From: Torpedo marmorata
Taxonomy: Eukaryota
Assembly: GCA_977017645.1 (NCBI GenBank)
Contig: OZ360221.1
Coordinates: 270,444,001 to 270,508,000, forward strand
Length of the DNA stretch: 64,000 nt
Reading direction: 5' to 3'
The translations under genes were made by a program, and so were the position numbers. This document shows positions 12,400-24,769 of this stretch, one piece after another; positions within the stretch are counted from its first letter, which is position 1, and the number at the start of each line of letters is the position of its first letter. The notes beneath the pieces are model-generated. The model saw nothing but the letters and a program-made list of their open reading frames with translations. It had not been told where the DNA came from and made no database searches.

Positions 12400-12580
12400 G
12401 CCATTGGGTGTATTTCAGGCAGAGATTGATAACTATCTGAATAGTCAGGGCATCAAAGGTTATGGGAAGAAGGCCGGGGAGTGGAGCTGAGTGGGAGAAT
12501 GGATCAGCTCATGATGGAATGGCGGAGCGGACTCGATGGGCCGAATGGCCTACTGCTCCTACATCTTATGGTCTTATGGT
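12400..12580 (+). mobile_element. CR1 3' terminal fragment
   Basis: Near-identical to 11785-11960. Confidence 0.8.
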
Positions 12581-12852
12581 TCTATTTTCATTGAGAATCC
12601 CAAACATTTTCATAATGAGGGCGATAATATGCTATTTTTAGAAATGGGTATCACTTTTCTCATTAGGTGGATTCATCATTTCTCACCCTGGAGAAATTGT
12701 GTGCTGCTTTTTCAACCACTGTAGATTATGGTAGACTCAATAAAATGATTCTTAAATGGTCTCGTTACATGATTGTGATTCTATGTCCTGGAAGCATCTC
12801 AAGTTTATTGACTAGAGGCTATATGACAACTAAAATAGACCGGCTTTTCGAG

Positions 12853-13211
12853 TGTTGAAAGGCCTGGACAGAGTAGATGTGGCAAAGTTGTATCCCATGG
12901 TGGGGGAGTCTAGGACAAGAGGGCACAACTTCAGGATTGAAAGGCATCCGCTTGGAACAGAGATGCAGAGGAATTTCTTTAGCCAGAGAGTGGTGAATCT
13001 GTGAAATTTGCTACCACGGGTGGCTGTGGAGGCCAGGTCATTGGGTGAATTTAAGGCAGAGATTGATAGGTATCTGAATAGTCAGGGTATCATAGGTTAT
13101 TGGGAGAAGGCAGGGGAGTGGGGCTAAGTGGGAGAATGGATCAGCCCATGATGGAATGGTGGAGTGGACTCGACTGGGCCTACTTCTGCTGCTACTGTAT
13201 ATCTTATGGTT
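12853..13211 (+). mobile_element. CR1 3' fragment
   Basis: Near-identical to the CR1 parts of 11467-11968. Confidence 0.85.
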
Positions 13212-13691
13212 TTATAAAGGCACAAACGACCCTGTAAAGTAATGGACAAAGTAACTCGTGACATCACGTAAATTATTTGGATACAGGTAGATTTTCTTTA
13301 CTGTAACAATGTTAGCTCATTGCATCGCAACCACTGTTTTGAAATAAAACTTAGCCTTCTTTTTCTAAAAAAATAACGATCATAATTATACTGTTTTGTT
13401 CCAAAACTGAGCACCAAAATTGCTGAATAATAAAGACAAAAGGAATAATGTTGGGTTATGGTGTATGATGTCCAATATTGGACAGGCTGCCATTATGTGG
13501 AAGGTACCGTAAGTGTGCCTTGATTTCTACACAGAGCTTGCCTGATTTCCCATTACAATTAATCCAGAACGTCAGCGGAAATTCCATGTAAGTTCGTTCA
13601 TCATCACATGTATCAAAGATGCAATGATTGAGGTTGTTTTGCCAGCAGGCCGCAGAGATCTCATACTCAGCACAACACGTAAGACACAGTA

Positions 13692-13943
13692 CAAAAGGTA
13701 ATGGTAAAAGTAAAGGTTCCATTATTGTCACGTAATACTACATTTAGAATGTAACATACATGAAATTCTTTAATTTCTGTCTACCGTAAGGCAGACAGAG
13801 GGTCGCTATTTTGTCCAGCGCCCCTCACAGAAACCTACAGCACCTGGTGTTCCTAGGCGGTCTCACCTCCAAGTACTGACCAGTCCTGTGCCTGCTTAGC
13901 TTCTGAGATCAGACAATCCCAGTCGTATTCAGGCTATTGGTGC
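13692..13943 (-). mobile_element. 5S rRNA-derived SINE (SINE3 type), copy 1
   Basis: Minus strand reads GTCTGATCTCAGAAGCTAAGCAGG...GGTCAGTACTTGGA..GAGACCGCCTAGGAACACCAGGTGCTGTAGG (5S internal promoter boxes), then a ~120-bp non-5S body and an ACCTTT-like tail. Confidence 0.85.
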
Positions 13944-13999
13944 AGAGGTACGGAAGTATGGAGCAAAGGCAACATAATTTTACTATTTTGGGGTTCATT

Positions 14000-14720
14000 C
14001 TAGAATGTGAAACTGCCTTTGAATCTGGTGGGGCATAATCCCACACTTGTGTAACTTCTTCCTGACAAAAGGAGGGGGGGGGGGGTGGTGAGGAGAGTGT
14101 GGCCGGGGTGGGAAGAGTGTTTTAATGTGTTGGTTTTTTTTCCAAGGCAGTGGGTTTTATCCATGGAGTCACTGGCAGGGAGAGGGGTGTGTGTGATGCA
14201 CTGAGCTATGTTCACAACCCTTTGCAGTTTTTTGTGGTCTTGGGCGTAGCAGTTCCCGTGCCACCCAGCGATGCACGCTGACAGGATGCTTTCAATATTG
14301 TACCTGTAGAAGTAGTTACGGGATGTTGGTGACTTGCCAACAGGCTTCTGAGGAAGTAGAGGCATTGGTGCACTTCGTTGGTCATTGCATCGATGTGGGT
14401 GGACCAGGACAAGTGACTGGAGATGTTTACCTCCAGGAACTTAAAGCTGTCTGCTATCTCCACTACAGTACCGTTGATACGGACCAGGGAGTGATCTCTG
14501 ACCCTTTTCCAGATGCCTATAACTAGCTTTTTGGTCTTGCTGACATTGAGAGAGAGAGGTTCTTGTTCTGGCACCAATTCCTCTGAACTCCATTTTGTTG
14601 TTGTTAGAGATCCTGCCTACGATGGTGGTGTCATCCATTTATAGATGGAGTTGGAGTTTTGTTCGGCCACACAGTTGTGGATGTGCAGGGAGAATAGTAG
14701 AGGACTGAGCACACAGCTTT
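14000..14720 (-). mobile_element. Rex1/Babar LINE, older and frameshifted
   Basis: ORFs 14000, 14212, 14441 and 14617 give VLSPLLFSL, DDTTIVGRI, LNVSKTK and IESILSACI. Confidence 0.85.
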
Positions 14721-14889
14721 GAGAATGATTGCCATATTTTTTGCCATATTGAAATAATTGCCACAAATGCCCTGATTTCTCTTTTATCTTCATGAATTTT
14801 CCAGAGAAGATATTACAGGCCATGGTGCCATGTGCTACGCCTTGCATTTATCTTCAGGATGACAGGCAGGTGAAGTCAAGCTTTGTCCT

Positions 14890-15560
14890 TGTTGAGTGTG
14901 GAGGAAACGTAGCCTCCCTGCCTGTCTGGAATGTATGTATTGCGGGTGGTCACGTGTCCTCCCCGTCTGAAACTTATTCGGAAGTCACATCACCTGTCAA
15001 TCAAGGTTGAACTCCGGCCACTAATTAGTGCACACCTTGCCGTTGGCTAATTTAAATCACCTGGGGTCATTATTGGCTAGAAGCACAGATTAGCACTGTA
15101 TATAGACCAGCGCACAGCACATTCTCCCTCTCTGCCTCGTGGTCCAAGCCCCGGACACCGCTCCATGCCAGGTTGCTACTGTGGACATTGCTGGAAGTGT
15201 CGCGGGTAAGGAGTGCACTACACTGAAGCTGAGCCGTAGTATTGCGATAGATCAATACTTGCAGAGAGCCTCACCCCCACTGGTACATGGAACCGGGTGT
15301 GTGTAAGAGTCCCTGTTTGTAGTGTATGTACTCAAGTGTGTGAGCATGTCGAGTATTGGTTCACTATTGTCGGAGTCCAACCTAGGTCCGAGGTGAATGT
15401 CTATATCGTTGCTTAAGTGAAATAGTAATCGAGAATCGTTTAACGTTCTCCCCTGTTTGTCTCCCGTGTGTTAATTAAAGTTACGTGTGATTGTAATAAC
15501 TTGTGTCCAGACTCGTCTCTCTGTGAACCCACCGAATCTGATACTCTTCTCAACACGACA
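14890..15560 (+). mobile_element. Solo LTR, 671 bp
   Basis: TGTTG...GACA termini; perfect 5-bp TSD GTCCT (14885-14889, 15561-15565); ATTGG near 15072, TATATA near 15099, ATTAAA at 15474. Confidence 0.85.
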
Positions 15561-16565
15561 GTCCTTTGAGCCTCATTGGCTATAAATGTGATAGCAAACA
15601 GGTAGCCAACATCCTGAAAATACAACCCTGCAAAAATTACCCCCATTTTAAACTTGACACCCCTAAAAATATTTTAAAAGGAGGAAGTACCACTCTGAAA
15701 AACAACAGAATTATACATCAAATGTCATTGAACATGAGCAGAGGAATGGACAAGGTGGGTCAGATAGAAATGTCATGATAGACCTCATGAGATGTTTGTT
15801 TGCATTATTAATTTTTAATCCCATGGTTCTAAGGTTGAAGCTTTGATAGTGTGCATAGGAGATGTTAAGCATCCTGATGACAGGGAAGCAAGTATATAGA
15901 CTGGGTGTCCAGACCGAACATTCACATAGTCACTACCCCAATAGAAAATGATAAAGGCAAAAGGACCTTGGGGAACTGGATCACGTGTAAGCCAAAAGCC
16001 CCCGTTGAACTTGAACATTCTGGGATGTGAAGGGGTGAGTTAAACAACTATCAACGAGGTCTCAGGGCAGACCAGAGACCCCAGCCATTGTGGTTCCAGA
16101 AATTGAGGAAGAAATTTGATGTCCTTCCCACACTCTCTCTGCTTCCCTGAAAAAGTTCCACCAGACCTTCACCTTGCTGCAAAAGCAGGCCAAGCAAGGC
16201 CTTCTCGGAAGAAAAAAAAAACTAATTGTGGTGAGAGATACAGGGTTTTCCCCAAGATGACAAAGGAAGGGAAATAAGCTCTTTGTTCGTGCTGGATTCA
16301 AGATTCTTTTCTGAAGAAGGTAAAGATGAACTAAAATGTATGCCTCTTGACTTTGAAGCAAAGGAATTCTTTGTTAAAGTTAGAAAGTAAACCTCTCCAC
16401 AAGGCTCTCAGTCACTCTCTCCATCTGGACATTCTATAAAGAATGTCCTTTTGACTGAGCTTCTCGCTATCTATCATGTTTGCTTTATTGGCTTTTTGTC
16501 AGTCATTATGCTCCTGTAAAGCCCTTTGAGATATTTTACAGCAGTAGAGGTCCCACACTGTTGAT

Positions 16566-16662
16566 CATAAGATATAGGAACAGAAGTAGGCCATTCGGTC
16601 CATCGAGTCTGCTCCGCCATTCCATCATGAGCTGATCCATTCTTCCACTCAGCCCCGCTCCC
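16566..16662 (-). mobile_element. CR1 3' terminal fragment
   Basis: Reverse complement of the CR1 terminus at 11870-11955. Confidence 0.75.
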
Positions 16663-16694
16663 TATTGGAGTCCATATTATGCTATATTATGAAG

Positions 16695-16915
16695 TTAGCA
16701 TAGCGGTTAGTGCAACGCTATTACAGCACCAGCGACCGGGGTTCAAATCCGGCGCTGTCAGTAAGGAGTTTGTATGTTCTCCCTGTATCCCCGGGTGCTC
16801 CGGTTTCCTCCCACCCTCCAAAACTTATGGGGTTGTAGGCTAATTTGGGTGTAATTTGGCAGCACGGGTTTAAATGACTGGAATCGGCTTTTACCATGCC
16901 GTCAATAAAATATAA
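16695..16915 (+). mobile_element. V-domain tRNA-derived SINE (HE1-like)
   Basis: A box TAGCATAGCGG, B box GGTTCAAATCC, V domain GGAGTTTGTATGTTCTCCC...GGTGCTCCGGTTTCCTCCCAC. Confidence 0.85.
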
Positions 16916-17055
16916 TTTAAAAATGTAACATGTATCATGGAGCAACAATAATTGTTGGGGAATCTGTGCTTATATCATGATTTGAACTGAAATTCTATTG
17001 ATCCAGTATGAATTGCTGAACGACAGTGGACGGAGAAATTGTGAAAAATCCTACG

Positions 17056-17198
17056 GATGCCGGAATTCTGAAATAAAAACAGAAAATGTAGGAAACAGTC
17101 AGCAGGTCGGGCAGCATCTGTGGAAAGAGAAACAGAGTTCATGTTTCTGGTTGAAGGCTGAGTGTTCCTTGCATTTTCTGTTTTTATTTGATTTGCAT
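17056..17198. repeat. Fold-back element made of two inverted pLTR ends
   Basis: AAATAAAAACAGAAAATG (17071-17088) is perfectly inverted at 17172-17189; the interior resembles pLTR (CAGCAGGTC..GCAGCATCTG). Confidence 0.7.
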
Positions 17199-18704
17199 AT
17201 TACTGCGATGCACGTAGCTGCACTCCATTTATTAGTTATGTCTAATTATTTTGGTTAACATCTTTACACAGTAAGAACAATAAAAAGATTAATTATTTAA
17301 TTAAAACCAATGAATGAATTAATTAAAAAATACAATCAATCGTCATCAATTACTGAGTAAAAATGTTAACCAAAAATAAAATGACAGAACTATATTTGTA
17401 AATGTTTGTGTTATATTTGTTGAAGTATTACATTAGCACTTTAAAATCTTGAAGGAAAATAATGGGTCATTTCAGCACAGCTGTTGTTGGGAGAGATGAG
17501 CACAGAGTATTTGAACAGTTAGTCACACTGCCATCTTCTCTGTAGAGAAAGTAATACCATGTATGGTCCAAAATACCATCGGGACCTATTTTCCTCATTT
17601 TATTGACCTCGACTTTAAAATCGAGCCGTCGCATGGGAAAGAAAGCTGGAAAAATTCAGTGCAGCGGCAAATCATCTTGCTTGAAATGCCCCTCGTCTGG
17701 AGAAAATGTGTTTGCAAACAGTATTCTGTTAATGATGCCCAGATATGGCAAGTGATATTAGAGAGTGCACAGATATCAGCTATAAATGTGCATTCAATGT
17801 GTATTTAATGAACCAAATATTTCAAATCTCCGCTTTTTCCAGTTGCTTTTCATTATGCAGATACACTTGTATTAATCACTCAAAAGTGAAGGTGATTAAA
17901 ATACACATAATTAGAACATTTATGAAATTCTCCACTGAGGGTTGTTTATTTATTGCACTTCTTGAACCAGTGCTGCGGGGAGTGCCTCCTGTTCATTGTT
18001 CAGTAGGGGGCCCTAGCTAGCTTCAAATGGAAAATAATTGCATGACACAAAAGACTGAGAACTAAAGCTCGAGATTCTGCTTTTAGCACAGCTGTATGGC
18101 TCTTCCATTCTTTTCCATGTTATCTATTCATTAATTATCTCCTCATTATAGCTTGTATATAAACTATTCAGCATAATATAGTGCAGTTTCTATCCAGTGG
18201 AAATGGATCCACCAGAAGAACCTTTGTAAGTGCAGATTTTCATTTAATCTGTCATTAATAATGTAGAAAGCATTCCCCTTTCACTCCCAGTGCTTTGCAG
18301 TGCATTAGTCAGTCACACATTGAAGGCATGGGACTGAATAGGTCACAATGCACAACCTTGGTAGAGGAGCAGCTTGCATCACTGGGAAAGTGTTCCGCTG
18401 TTTGACGTGAGCGCAGTGTGGCTGAAGAATAGGATTTGCCAGGTTCCGAAATGGGGGCCAATGATAGCAGATAGGATTCAAATTTCAGATTGCTTATTTT
18501 AACAAATTCCTCATGTTAACATGCTGGATGAGATGTATCTGAAGTGAGCAAGTCCAGCAAATTAAAAATGAACCCTTGCTCTAAACAATGGCAGAGTAGC
18601 AATATGATTAAAGACTACTTAAAACATGTTGTCACAATTTAATAAGATTATTAACCAAATTAATTCTTAATGATAAGGAAGAAAGAAATGCTCTTATTTT
18701 TAAA

Positions 18705-18885
18705 ATATAGCACGGTAACAGGCCCTTCCGGCACACGAGCCCGTGCCGCTCAATTACACCCAATTAACCTACAACCCCCGTACGTTTTGAAGGATGGGAG
18801 GAAACCGGAGCAGCCGGAGGAAAAGCACGCAGACACGGGGAGAACGTACAAACTCCTTACAGACAGCACCGGATTCAAACCTGAG
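18705..18885 (-). mobile_element. V-domain tRNA SINE
   Basis: Reverse complement of the 45547 family. Confidence 0.85.
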
Positions 18886-19024
18886 TCGCGAATTTATGTA
18901 GCTCCTTTCATTACCTCAGGATCTCCCAATCTAATTTCCAGCTGATAAATTTGAACCTTAGTTGGGATAAATGAAATGCAGCAGACAATTTGCACTGGCC
19001 ACCCGAACAAACAAAATGCATTTA

Positions 19025-19228
19025 CAGTAAAACCCCTGTTATCCGGAATTCAAACAACCGGCAAAAAAATCGAGGAAAACAAATAGGTAAAAAATACGTA
19101 AGTTTAAAATTGGGGCACCTCTCCGCTAGTTCGCCAATCCACGCAACACGCAATCTCAAACAACCGGAAAATACACTTATCCGGCATCTACCAATCCCCA
19201 TAGGTGCTGGATACCAGGGATTTTACTG
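19025..19228. mobile_element. MITE copy 2 (opposite orientation to copy 1)
   Basis: TA|CAGTAAAACCCCTG ... CAGGGATTTTACTG|TA. Confidence 0.85.
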
Positions 19229-19230
19229 TA

Positions 19231-19680
19231 TATAATTCCTTTAACATAACCAAACATTCCAAGATGATTTGCAGGAGTGCTTTTAAACAAAGTGTGATGC
19301 AGAACCATACAAGGCGATATTCGGACAGATAACAAAAGATGAGCCTGGAGGCTGTGATAAAGAGGCAAAAAAAAGTTTAAGGAGGGAAGTTAAGGAGCCT
19401 TGGTGGCTGAAAGTACTTTACTAAAGACGGGGATTCAGGGATGACTGAGAAATGAGCATTGAAGGAGTACACATTTAGAGACTTAGAGAGCTGGAGACAT
19501 TAAAATTAGAATGTCGCTCAACCTGGAGCCACAATAGGCCAGGTGAATGAGAATAGATACAAACTCAAAAGCAACTTCTGGATGGCCTGAAGTTTGGAAC
19601 AAGGTGGAAAGCTGATGGCTCTGAGAGTGTGTTGGGGTGGTCACCTTTAGGGGTTACAAGGACATGATGAGATTTCCAAC
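19231..19680 (-). mobile_element. Ancient L2-like LINE 3' remnant
   Basis: Degenerate resemblance to L2 3' ends from memory; no ORF. Confidence 0.35.
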
Positions 19681-19899
19681 ATTCAATGAGCCATGCTGGT
19701 GTGAAGGGGAAGAACCTCAGATGAAGTTTTGTTTAGTGTATTGAGAAAGGAAAAGAAAAGTTGTCAAGTCGGTAGGATGCAATTGGAATTGCTTCTCATT
19801 CATTTGCATAAAGGGGACTGTTAGGATGCCTTGATAAGACCTGTGGAGGATGTCCACAGAGCTACATTGTGGCTTTAGGCTTGTGGGGGTCTAGTTTGA

Positions 19900-20865
19900 T
19901 GTGGATCGGAAACAACATCTCCTTCTCACTGACGATCAACACAGGCGTATCTCAGGGATGCGTGCTTAACTCATTGCTTTTCTCATTCTACACCCATGAC
20001 TGTGTGGCTAGGCATAATTCTAATGCCATCTACAAATTTGCCGATGACACCATGGTCATTGGCAGAATCACAGACGGCAATGAGGAAGCATACAGGAGGG
20101 AGATAGATCAACTAGTTGAGCGGTGTCACACCAACAACCTTGCACTCAACATTAGCAAAACTAAGGAACAGGTTGTGGACTTCAGGAGGGGGATATCAGG
20201 AGAACACGAACCAGTACTCATCGAGGGGTCAGCAGTGGAAAGGGTTAAGAACTTCAAATTCCTGGGTGTCAACATCTCAGAAGATCTATCCCGGGGCCTT
20301 CATGTTGATGTAATCATGAAGAAGGCTCGACATTGGCTATACATCGCTAGGAGTTTGAGGAGATTTGGTATGTCACCAAAGACTCTTGCAAATTTCTACA
20401 GGTGTACTGTGGAGAGCATTCTGACTGGTTGCATCACTGTCTGGTATGGAGGTGCCAATGCACAGGACAGGAAAAGACTACAGAGAGTTGTGAACTCCTC
20501 CAGTGTCACCATGGGCATTTGTCTTCACTCCATTAAGGACATCTACAAGAGACGGTGTCGCAAGAACTCAGCCGCTATCATCAAGGACCCTCACCACCCA
20601 GGCCATGCCCTCTTCTCACTGCTACCATCAGGAAGGAGGTACAGGAGCCTGCAGACGAACACTCAACAGTACAAAAAATAGTTTCTTCCCCTCTGCCATC
20701 AGATTTCTGAATGAACAATGAACCACAGACACTACCTCACTTTCTGTTATTTTGCACTAATTTATTTTTAAAAAAATGTAGTTTACAGCATTTTTGCACC
20801 TGTGATGCTGCTGCAAAACAACAAATTTCGTGACACATGTTCCTGACAATAAGTTCTGAATCTGA
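19900..20865 (+). mobile_element. Rex1/Babar LINE, 5'-truncated RT
   Basis: ORF 19869..20681: GVSQGCVLNSLLF, YKFADD, FKFLG, ESILTGCITVWYG; standard 3' tail. Confidence 0.92.
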
Positions 20866-20914
20866 TTGTGATCAGGACAGCGGCATGGCAGAGAATTATT
20901 CAGGGTGAGAAACT

Positions 20915-21770
20915 GATTCAAGATTCAAGATTCAAGATTCAATTTATTGTCATAGTAATAGACAGTGTCATATTCCATGAAATTTCTTTTTGCCTGCTGC
21001 AAGGCAGACAGATTCGCCACCGGCAGAAATTGCCTAAGCACCTCTAGCATTTCTTACAGTCAGAGAAAGAGAAGCAAAAGAGAGTCCCCCCAGAGTCACC
21101 AAGTGTCCATAGATTCACCTCCAGTGCTTCCACAGCCACACAGAGTCCAGTCCAAACCATCGGCATCCTGAGCTCCAGATCCGAACCTCTGACACGGTCA
21201 GGAACCCTTCGGCACCCCCTCACATCCCGGTTCCGATACCTGGTACTCCTCCAGCCAGATTGAGCCAGCCTCCAGCAGTCCGCAGCCCGTCGTGAGTCCC
21301 CCGACAGCAGTCTCCAGCAGCCCACAGCCTCCGCGGGTTCCTTGCCTCGAGTCGCCAGCAGCCCGCCGCATGCACTGGTCCTTCAGCCTCAGAGCCCCTC
21401 ACCGGTCCGCCGCCGTGGTCACCGTCCCGTGGGTCGTCTCCTCCACTTCTCCTTCTCAGACGGGGGGTGATCTTCCCGTCCTCTGGTGCCCTGCTCCAGT
21501 CCTCCACTTCCCCGGAATCTGCAGCCCCTCGTGGCTGCTGCCAGTTAAAAGGCGCTGTCGTCTTGGGCGCAGACCCCGTGGCCGCGGGATCTTAAATAAA
21601 ACCACCGTTGGCTCCTTTAACGGGCTGTTCAAAGCCTGTGCGGAACCGACGGCAGTCGACTGGGCGGCTGGACCCCGCAGGAGCGCTGTATCTCTACTCC
21701 CACGCTCGCCACGGGTCGGCACCAGTGGCAGCGCTGCCGCTACAGCGGCTCCGGCAGCGCCGCCATTAGA
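20915..21770 (-). mobile_element. Apparently full-length GC-rich non-autonomous retroelement (about 850 bp)
   Basis: The minus strand starts AATGGCGGCG and ends ACAATAAATT(GAATCTT)n. CpG-rich, no TE protein motif; relatives at 2207, 27330, 37075 and 44750. Confidence 0.7.
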
Positions 21771-21904
21771 AATGAAAATTAGTATGACAGTAAGAGTGAG
21801 GGCTGCAAGAAGAATGAACAACTGGGTTTAAAGTGGAACTGCAACCAAAATAAAGAAATTGACTTTGAGTCTTTCATCGGCTTTAACCATGTTCATTGTA
21901 GAGT

Positions 21905-22030
21905 TGGCTTTGAAATAGTGCCTTAGTATCTTTCACATCCACCTGAGAGGGCGGACAAGGCCTCAACTTAACATCTCATTTGAAGGACTGTGTTGACAAT
22001 GCAGCGTGCTGTAACTCTTCACTGCAATAC
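21905..22030 (-). mobile_element. Deu-domain SINE fragment
   Basis: CATCCACCTGAGAGGGCGGAC..GGCCTC..TTAACATCTCAT is the reverse complement of the recalled SacSINE core. Confidence 0.65.
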
Positions 22031-22077
22031 CAACCACAACTGCTAGAGTTGCATTTCAACCTACAATCTTCTGAAAT

Positions 22078-22368
22078 AACATTGTGAAGGACTTCTCACA
22101 CCCCTTTTGTAAACTTTTTTCCCTTTTTCCATCTGGAAGGAGGAACCGAAGCACTCGGGCTCGTACGTCCAGACTGTGCAACAGTTTTTTCCCCCAAGCC
22201 ATCAGGCTCCTCAATTCCTAGATATATATGTGTATTAGCATGTTATAGTTTTTTTTAATTGTATTATGATATTTATGTACATCTGCCCATGGTCCTGGAG
22301 AAACGCTATCTCGTCTTACTGTGTATATGGTAATGAACGACAAATAAAGGTGACTTGACTTGACTTGA
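22078..22368 (+). mobile_element. Rex1/Babar second subfamily, 3' end, (GACTT)n tail
   Basis: Near-identical to 44417-44702. Confidence 0.85.
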
Positions 22369-22424
22369 AATGGAAATACCGATGAGCCACTTGGATGATG
22401 GAAATTTGCCCTGATAGAACTCAC

Positions 22425-22982
22425 AAGTTGCAGCTCTATAAATCGTTGATTGGACCACACTTAGAGTATTGTGTTCAGTTCTGGTCGCCTCATTACAGGA
22501 AGGATGTGGAAGCTTTAGAGAGGGTGCAGAAGAGATTCACCAGGATGTTGCCTGGATTGGAGAGCATGTCATATGAAGCAAGGTTGACAGAAGTAGTACT
22601 TTTCTCTTTGGAGTGACGAAGGATGAGAGGTGACTTAATAGAGGTATATAAGATTATGAGGGGCTTAGGTAGGGTGGACAGCCAGCACCTTATTATGAGG
22701 CAACAATAGCAAATGCAAGGTGAGTGGAGGAAAGTTTAGGGTAGATGTCAGTGGTACGTTTTTTTACACAGAGTGTGGTAGGTGCCTGGAATGCATTGCC
22801 AGGGGTGGTGGTGGAGGCTGGTACAATAAGGGCATTCAAAAGCCTCTCGAAGATGTAAGACAAATAAAGCATTATGGATGTGAGGGAGGGAAGGGTTAGA
22901 TTGTTGTGGAGTGGGTTTCCATACGTCAGCACAACATTGTGGGCTGAAGGGCCTGTTCTGTGCTGGAATGTTCCATGTTCTA
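22425..22982 (+). mobile_element. CR1 LINE 3' fragment
   Basis: LYKSLIGPHLEYCVQFWSPHYRKDVEALERVQKRFTRMLPGL. Confidence 0.9.
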
Positions 22983-23251
22983 AATCACTATCCAAAAATT
23001 TGAAATATGGAATAAAATTTACTCTTTCAGAAAAACAGTTGTAAATAAACACAAACTCATTTTTTCCAACTCGTATTTCTTGACGTGTGTGGAGATGCTG
23101 TGGCTTCACTCTACGGAACATTGCGAAAAAGATAGTTTCCTAACAGCGCAAATCCCTGCATTGGGAAGTCGTCCGTTTCATTGCCACAAAATGCAAAATA
23201 GGTTTTCTTCAAGCACTTCTTCCAGCTTATTTGTACCTTATATGTGTACCT

Positions 23252-23450
23252 TATTACAGCGGCAGCGACTCGTGTTCGAATCTGGCGCTGTCTGTAAGGA
23301 GTTTGTATGTTCTCCCCGTGTCTGCCTGGGTTTCCTCTGGGTGCTCCGGTTTCCTCCCACCCTTTAAAAATGTACAGGGGTTGTAGGTTAATTTGGGTGT
23401 AATTGGGCGGCATGGCCAGAATCAGTTTCTACTACACTGTAAATAAATAG
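23252..23450 (+). mobile_element. V-domain tRNA SINE
   Basis: V-domain core as in the other copies. Confidence 0.85.
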
Positions 23451-23457
23451 TCAAATA

Positions 23458-23674
23458 CAGTAAAACCCCTGGTATCCGGCACCTACAGGGATTTGTAGAT
23501 GCTGGATAGCGAGTTTTCCAGTTGCTTGAGACTGCGTGTTGCGTGAATGGAGAACTAACGGCGAGGTGCGCCAATTTTAAGCTTCCATACTTTTTACCCT
23601 TGATTTTCCATGATTCTTTGCCGGTTGTTTGAGGTTGCCGATTGCTTGAATTCCTTATAACAGGGATTTTACTG
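23458..23674. mobile_element. MITE copy 3
   Basis: TA|CAGTAAAACCCCTG ... CAGGGATTTTACTG|TA. Confidence 0.85.
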
Positions 23675-23743
23675 TAAATCAATTTCAATGATGCTGGCAA
23701 TTTATTTTATTAATGCTTAGATGGGATAAGATGTTCAGACACA

Positions 23744-24769
23744 ATATTTTAACCGTTTTAAAATGGGGTTGTCTGTCCTGCTGGCTATAATTCTGGAATG
23801 TCATTTATACATGAAATCATTATGCACCTTCTCTTTTAGAGAGTGCAATCCAATTTGTACCCAGGAGGGGGTATCGTCCCTCTCAAAAAATAAAGAAATG
23901 AATTTCATTTGGGCCGCCAAATAATACTTTTTGAAACTAGGCAACCGGAAGCCTCCTAACCTGTAATCCCATGTTAACTTTTCCATGGATATTCTGGGTA
24001 CCTTACAGTTCCAAATAAATTGCCCAACATGCTTATTAAGGGTTTTAAAAAAAGGTTTGATACAGAAATTACACCAATATAAACCTGAATTATCAGAGAT
24101 TTGTTTTAGGTGCGGTATAGAGGTTGGTTCCTTTTTACATTCTACCTGGCTTTGCACGAAGGTGAGGCCATTCTGGTATGACCTCTGTGACACCCTAACT
24201 AAGATCACAGGAGTCACCTTCCCAGTAGACCCAGAGCTTTGTCTTCTGGGGAACTTTACCGCAGTTGGTAGATTACTGACCAATTCTCAAATTAAATTCA
24301 CAGAAATTGCCTTATGTGTGGCCTGGAAATGCATAGCAGTAACATGGAAGTCCTGACTCCCATCTACTCATGGATAGGTGGTCTTCGGAGATGAACAGCT
24401 GCATCCCACTTGAAAAGGTTACATATAATCTCAGGAAGGGGTATAACACCTTTCTAAAAATCTGGCAGCCTTATTTAGAGCATATAGGTACCTCACTGGC
24501 ACCAATATAGAGCTACGATTACTACTGGCTAGTCAGTAGACCTCTGTAAAGATTTTAACAATGTGGTATTATCGTGTCTCCATATGTTTTATTGTACGCA
24601 CTGACAATGTGATGATCTTTTATGTCTTTTTCTCTGTTTTTTCTCTGTTTAATAGGACTTATATAGAGGGGAGGGGGGTGGAGGGATGGGTTTTCTTGAT
24701 GTTTTACATTTGGTATGATTGTTGATTGTTAAATATATTCAAAATGATAAATAAAATATTACAAAAAAA
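23744..24769 (+). mobile_element. L1 with an inverted 5' segment (minus about 23744-24055, plus about 24060-24769)
   Basis: The minus part encodes FIWNCKVPRISMEKL..GGFRLP and the plus part CFRC..HSTWLC. AATAAA plus poly(A); 16-bp TSD AAGATGTTCAGACACA at 23728-23743 and 24770-24785. Confidence 0.92.

Noticed and set aside
17546-17808. ORF and splice-like sites as a host exon (also near 6640, 13535, 23147 and 31289)
   Set aside because: No recognisable homology and no consistent phase-compatible chain of exons could be built.
20965-21831. Overlapping ORFs on both strands
   Set aside because: They arise from stop-codon scarcity in a GC-rich repeat, and the frames are not conserved among copies.
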